From assembly GCA_012295275.1 (NCBI GenBank), contig CM022679.1, positions 28,086,001 through 28,150,000 on the forward strand: DNA of 64,000 nucleotides, given 5' to 3'. A program made the translations under genes and the position numbers. Below are positions 56,767-64,000 of this stretch, piece after piece (the stretch's first letter is position 1; the number at the start of each line of letters is the position of its first letter). This DNA is from Chrysomallon squamiferum (lineage: Eukaryota; Animalia; Mollusca). Under the pieces are notes generated by a model. The model made no database searches, was not told the DNA's origin, and was given only the letters and a program-made list of their open reading frames with translations.

Positions 56767-58042
56767 ATTTCTAATTTTCTTTCTTTCTGCTTTTACTTCC
56801 ATCGTATTTATTTCTTTGTTAATTTGCAACTTTCTTCAATACAAGGTGATTTATCTGAAGAACGGAATTGGCTGGAAATCGCAGAGTTGTGTGGTGTGGC
56901 TATTTTTTAACTTAGATTCAGTAGACACAAACTGACTCAACGAAGGTAACAAGAAGATGAAATGACGACTTAATAAAAAAGAAAGACACGTGAAGAATAC
57001 TGACTTGAATTTTAACAAATTCTGTATCTTCTGTGAAGAAAAGAAAAACAACAACAATATTTTGATTAATTTTCATCTTCTTCTTCCTCTTTTCATTTTT
57101 ATTATTATTTAATACTGTCGAAGTCGTCGTTGTTGTGGTTCTAGTTTTATTGTTTCAGTTGTTTAATCAGAGTTTAATTTACGTTTTTTGGGGGGTGAAC
57201 GTTGTTTTGGTTGCGGTTTTGGGGGGTGGCTGTTTTTGGTTTGTTTTTGCTTTTTCTGGGGGTTTTGGGCTGATTTTATTTTTCTTTGTTGTTGTTGGTT
57301 TGTTTTCTGAGGGTTTGGGACAGGTTTTCATTATATTTTATTTATTTGTTTATTGTGTTCCTTTGTTTTATTCCGTTTAGTTTTCTTCTGTTTTGTTTGC
57401 TTTTTGTTGTTGTTGTTGTTGTTGTTATTTTATTTAACATAATTTATTATTTATATTTTAATCGTGCTCTTCATTTTCGTTATGTCTTCTTCTTTCTGTT
57501 GCAGTGGTTTTTCAATTGTTACTTCTGTTGCAGATGTTAATTGTTCTTAACTTTTATACTGGAGATTTCAGCTTTACCCTATTCTGTTCTAGCTTCTGCG
57601 TTAGACATACATATATGAATCTTCGGTTGACAGACTGATTTCAAAAATGTTAAAAGCTTCAAGCCACGTTTGAGATACCAACTTTAATTTAGCTGAACCA
57701 GAAACGTGACATTTGAAACAGTCACAGTCGATTCTCATTTATACCCAGTTACAGAGTCATGTTTTTTTTTGTTTATTCTTTCGAGGTTGTCACAAAGTTG
57801 GGGAAGAGATGACGAGTTAGTTTGTTTTTTGTTTTTTTCCTAATTTCAGCAATGATAATTATGCACTTATGTATTTTTGTATTTTTATAAGTTTTGTACT
57901 GGAATTAAAAATAACATTATATAGAAACAACATCTAGAAAAATTAAAATAAATATGGTATGTTAAGCGTTACTAAAGTTATTTTCATATTGTCATTTTGT
58001 GTGTGTGTGTCTGTCTGTCTGTTTTGCTTCTTCTTCTTTGCT

Positions 58043-58099
<57 letters not shown>

Positions 58100-59654
58100 G
58101 CTGTTGTCATTGATATTAAATTCCTGACAATCACAATCGTTAACATCGATATTGTTATTGTTGTTGTTGTTGTTGCTGTCGCTGTTGATGTTTTGTTTTG
58201 TTGCACTCTGAGGATTAATGCTATTTCGGTAATGACGACGTCGTGGTACAAACAAATTACTTGAACACTACAAATGGAGTTTCATACAACTCAGTCTGGT
58301 CTTTTCAAAACACAGCATTAGGTGTACTCAACATTGTCAAAAGTGAATAATTATAAACTGGCTGAACGGGAAAAAAGACAATGAAGTTAAGACAAGCACG
58401 TAATCAGACAATTCAAAGAATTGCGTACAGCTATCGTTATTGAAGTAATTTCTTTCAGTACCGGACTTAAACAAAAAGGCGGCGCAAGCTATAAACGTGA
58501 TTGAGTTGAGCCTGTTTTGAAACCGCGTTTAAAAGAAGCTGAAAATCTGTGTTAATTAATTAAACTATGCAACGCGTAAAATGTTCTGCGAGGCTTTGCA
58601 TACAGCACTCCATTGTTCCTTCTTCACTTGTAATCACAATAAAAGCTCAATTTCCTGGCGTTTTTATCCGGGAATATGCGAGTAAGCAGGATTAGTCTTC
58701 GACGACAGCCACTGATAAACTGTCATCGGTCACGGCGTCCAACATCGACTAAAAAAGAAATCGCTACGAAAAGATTAAAACACAGCAAGATCTCTTTTTT
58801 TTCTTGCAAATATCTCACGATCCGCCCACGACTTTTTAATTTTTTAATTTTTTCTGTTATTATTATTTATTTTATTTTTTACTCGATAAAAACAAAACCA
58901 AATGTCTTTGCGTCTGTATTTGACTACTTATACCTTAAAGCATTTTTTGTGTGTTTGCATGTTATGTGTGCATATGTATATTTATGATTCAATATTCTCT
59001 GTCTGCAACTACTATTACTACCACTACAACAACGACAACTACGGTTCATTTATTACTGCAGATTTTCGACGTTACTATAAATGTAAAAGAAAATTTTCTT
59101 TGCACATATATAGTGTTGAAAAGAATATTATATTAAACTAGTCAATCATATTAGTCTTTAACATAAAGATTTTTTACTTTTCATAATTGTTATATTCAAA
59201 TTAGTTAACGAGCCATTAAATGATAGGAATTTCTCAATTAAAATATTATTTATGGTTCATGAACATTAGTGATGAAATAATCAATTACTTTTTTACATTA
59301 TTTTTAACCTATGTTTCTACCTGTTCCATAAAATAAATAAAAAAAAAAAAAAAACATTATTTCTTTTCTTCTTTTTCTTGTTTTACTTTTTTATTTTTTA
59401 TTTTTTTTTACTTTTTTTTTATCGACAGTGATAGACAATATTAATTTGCTTTGTATATAAAACAATATTTTAATGGCATAAGTAATAATTCCTTATATGA
59501 GAAAGACCGTGACTATATCAAAAGAAGAACTGGTGCACGAAAAACTATATGAATTTTGTTTCCAGATAACAATTTCACACACTTACACACACGCACACAC
59601 GCACACACACACACATATATATACATATATAGTATGACATTTTTTAACTGCATA

Positions 59655-59688
<34 letters not shown>

Positions 59689-59898
59689 GGTATGTGGGGG
59701 GTGTATGCGTGCGTGTAGTTAGGTACACACAATGGGATACGCACGAAAATACGCACATACATACATACAAATTAAATTCAAATCGAGTGCCTTATAGTTG
59801 AGTCTGTGGCATTACGTTTCTGAGATCTGAGGCATACATACATAATTACATTCATACATTCATACATACATACATACATACATACATACATACATACA

Positions 59899-59932
<34 letters not shown>

Positions 59933-60068
59933 CATACTTACATACATTCGAATCTTATCAGCGGCATCTGACAGGTTTGTGCGGCTGTGATTGGACTTTG
60001 TCCTCCGAATATTGTGTATGTGCAGAGTCTAGTCAGACGTACATAATATTGATTCCTAAATACATAGG

Positions 60069-60243
<175 letters not shown>

Positions 60244-63182
60244 ATTTTCGGATAACTGTGATGAGCACCTCTACGTCAGTTGTTTGTTCTGGTTTATTAT
60301 TATTTTATTTTTATTTTTTTTAATTTAATAGATAAAGATAGAGAGATAGATGATAGAGACAATACTTTATTTATTTATTTATTTATTTATTTATGAATTT
60401 ATGGATAAAATATTGTTTCCTTATCATTATGATTTCAGCTTGAATACATTAACGGAATCTGAAAACGGTCAAGTTGTGGCAGTTAGACCATCCCAGCTGT
60501 TACGTATTCATTTAATGAATATTTAAACATTCTGGACCAGCATAAACAGAGAACTGGTCTGATGTAACAAAAAAAATGAATATTGTGATAGTCTGCAGGG
60601 AATGAAATTATACATCGCCCTCTTAAATGGTCGCCTGCTGATCATACTAAATAACAATAACTTTGGAGTTCAGTAGCAATGATACAACAATCAATAAACA
60701 AGTCACGTCTAATGAGTCACGAGGCTTTTGTAAAGAGGAATATCTTTAACAGAACAAGCTGTAAATGTACGTTTTCACTGTTCTGACAGTCTCGCAGATG
60801 ACGTCATCGAGAAGAGTGTAGTGCAGGTTTTGAAACGCGGGGTTAAAGAGTGGATGTTTTCTGCGTGGGTCTAATTGCAAGAAAACAAGACAGTTTTGAA
60901 AAGAAGGAAGACAAACGTCTTCAAGTGGCTGGAAATGGTTTTTAAAAAACGCGACATGCAGATGTGCGCTCACCTCTTTATGTTGGAATTTAACAGAATC
61001 TCATCATTAACTTCATTTCTAAAACATTTCTTCTTTTTGTCTAACTTTTTTCTTTTTTTCTTTCTTTCTTCAAATTTTTATTTATTGATTTATTGATTTA
61101 TTGATTTATTTTATTTTATTTTATTTTTGATTTTAATTCATTTTTATGTATAATTATACGTATTTATATAGTTATTATGTATGTGTGTATATGTGTATGA
61201 ATGAATGTATGTATGTATTTTTCATTTATTTATTTACATATATATTTATTTTTATATATAAATGTTATACACAGCAGAGGGAATGGCTATTTTTCAAACG
61301 CCTGAAATGATTAATATGTTGCTAGCGTGTGTAATGACAAAATGAATGAATCACATCGATTGTTCACAAGTATTAAAGTGATATGTCTTCTAACACTTGA
61401 ACTTTTCAAAGTAAGTAGGGCACTGGAGTCACGTGACAAATTTGCGTTTCAAACAAAATTAAACGAAAGAACTATCTTTCTTTCCTTGCTGTATAATAAG
61501 TAGAAAAATAAAAGAGAGAAAGAAATGTACGAAAAAGGAAAGAAGGAAAAGATGATAAAAGGAAGATAGGTTAAAAATAAATAAAAGGTGAAAAGTGAAA
61601 CAAGAAAAGGAAATAAAAAGAAGTAAAATAAACAAAAGCATCATCTAAAAAAATACAAAAAGAAATAAAAAAATGGAAACACACAAACGCAATAACAGCA
61701 ACAACAATAGTTAATAAATAAATAATTAAATAAATGAATATACGAATAAAACAAAACAAACAATGAAATGATTAAAAAAGAAGAAACAATGATATATCTT
61801 TCAACAAATAAGAACATGTTTTCATTTGTCTTAGATGTCATAGCGCCTTAGATGTCATCACGTTTCACGTCAAGTCTGGTAACGTAATAATTGTAAGCTA
61901 CCGCACAAAATGAATGATCTATTGTAGTGACGTCACACCATTGTCGTTATTTTTAGCGGGTTCGCGTTTAACGCAGTTTTCCCGTCATAACCACTGTTTA
62001 ATGTAGTTGATAATAATTTACGGGGTGGGGGGATGGGAGAACAAAGAAAAGAAAAAAAAAAGATGAAAAGTACACGAAAAAACTTCTCGTTAATAGTACA
62101 TCGTGAGAAACGAAAATTATCAACATAACTACAAATCTATTTAGTTTTGATATATATGCATTATAACTTATGTGTTTGCAATCTGCAAGTCAGAGATGTA
62201 TTTTCCTATTATCATAATAACTGACATTTATGTAAGTATTTCAGCGTACTAATGTGTAGGCCTATCTGCGTTTCCATATGCATTATTAATTTTACAAAAC
62301 GTGTGTGTTTGTGTGGTATTTTAGTTATCTGAGCGTTATTTTCAGAATTTAAATCAGCGCTATCCAATTTCTTACGCAGCCCATCTGCGTAATACCATCG
62401 ACTCCACTACAGAAACATGCAGAAGATAATTCAAAACATCAAATTTTAATTACATCGTGTTATATGAATTATTTTTGCTATTCCACTGAGAAAATAAAAG
62501 ATTTCAAACCAATATAATTTTGAAAAAACCCAGATAAACAACAAAAACGTATGTTATCTTTAAAAAATATAAAAGTTTATTTAAAATTTCATATAAAAAT
62601 ATAAATGAATAAATATTATATTTTAAATAAAATGACAAAAAGATGTCAATTAAAATTATGAAGACCAGAATATAAATACATGAATCACAGTATTTAGTAT
62701 AATATAAATATATCCATATCACAGGTTTTGTTTTTATTATTTTATCTTTATACAGCAGAAAATACAGTAGACATTACTTAGTTTATGTTGTAAATAAAAT
62801 ATCAGTTAAATAAATACATATATATCTGTAAATGCAAATCAAGTTAAGTATATAAATATGTGTAAAAAGTAAACATACTGACAACAAATATAAGTGGATA
62901 GATAAATAAATATATTTCTTAAAATAAAATCAGAAAATGTGTATAAACAAATTAATTGAAATAAATATTAAAGTATAAAAATTTGTTTATAGATATATAT
63001 ATAAAGACAACATCACAAATACACATACAAATAAATAAATAAAAAAGATGTTTAATAAATAAATACAAACACATACATGTCTGTCACACATATAATAAAT
63101 ATAAAAATTAATAAATAACATGTTTAAACACAAAATGTGTGTTTGCAGGGTGATTGCCAACATTCACTTATTAAAACATCTA

Positions 63183-63231
63183 CTACAGGATTGTTGTCCC
63201 TTCTTCATAGGCAGTGCTCTGTTGTGATTCT
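63183..63231 (-). CDS. Probable terminal exon of the same gene (ESQQSTAYEEGTTIL*)
   Basis: Good acceptor tttttcatcttgcag. Phase 2 joins the NPIY frame and ends in TAG TAG. An alternative phase-1 reading is also open. Confidence 0.45.
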
Positions 63232-63639
63232 CTGCAAGATGAAAAACAAACATCAACTACCTCAGTGAAAAACCCTTCACTGGTAAAACAAGAATGCAAG
63301 TTAAAATGCTTTTACTTGATATCTTCAGTTTATAAAGTAAATATTTATAATAACCAAGTTTCTAACAGAAATTATGATTGTTTTAAAACAGTTATACTTG
63401 CACATAAACAATGCATGTAAATAAATGGAAATAATTATCATTGGTGTGTTGGTTTCTAAAGCAAATATTAATTTAAAAATATTTATCCTGATATATTTGT
63501 TTTCTCATAATATATATATATAAATGTATGTATGTTTGTATTTTAAAACACTCCTTATGTTCTCTGATGTAAGTGAAATTATTTAATATATCTTGTTTGT
63601 AATTATTTATTTTAAAATACTTTATAAGTTTTCTGTTAT

Positions 63640-63947
63640 AAAAGATGCTAAATATCCTAGGTATTTTGGGTTTCCGATGATAATAATCTAATTATTTTAA
63701 AATAGTATATATATTTTCTAATATAAATATAAATATGTAAATTTAAAGTAAGTATAATGATTTAGAATACTTATCTTTGGTACATCATGTTTCTGATGGA
63801 AACAAATAATTAATACTGTTTGTTTTCTAATATAAACAATATTAAACACTTACCCTTGGTATATAGGTTTCTGATAATGGTAATAATTAATTAGTTTAAA
63901 GTACTGTATATAAAATACTTACCCTTGGTATATTGGGTTTCTGATGG
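63640..63947. repeat. Degenerate ~70-120 bp spaced repeat containing the donor of the edge exon
   Basis: acttacccttggtata...ggtttctgat at about 63918 and 63848, diverged copies at about 63769 and 63652. Confidence 0.8.
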
Positions 63948-64000
63948 CTGAACAGCGCTGAGATCCGAGGTTGGAGAGTGGAGGACCAGGCTCTGATTCA
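63923..64000 (-). CDS. Partial exon of a neighbouring upstream gene (best frame ESEPGPPLSNLGSQRCSAIRNPIYQG)
   Basis: Abrupt GC-rich block ending in a strong GG|GTAAGT donor, truncated by the window edge. Reading frame is not certain. Confidence 0.6.

Noticed and set aside
60797-60808. Perfect CRE palindrome gatgacgtcatc upstream of RET
   Set aside because: TGACGTCA occurs several times across the window, so one site is not evidence of function.

Overview
AT-rich, microsatellite-saturated animal genomic DNA, probably an invertebrate such as a mollusc (the taxon is inferred, not proven). The window holds a complete minus-strand RET receptor tyrosine kinase gene. I assembled it by hand as 21 coding exons (55477 down to 14791, 3285 nt, about 1094 aa), all introns GT-AG and phase-consistent. 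The protein runs signal peptide, cadherin-like domains, cysteine-rich domain, TM helix, kinase, divergent tail. The last two exons of a probable second minus-strand gene lie at the right edge. Three short TIR DNA-transposon derivatives are present (hAT-like, Tc1/mariner-like, FLYWCH-bearing MULE-like). The most unusual signal is that at four separate exons the exon end plus its 5' splice site has been tandemly amplified into the downstream intron, from about 4 copies up to a 4.4 kb array of roughly 100 copies. Most ORFs in the supplied track are microsatellite artefacts.
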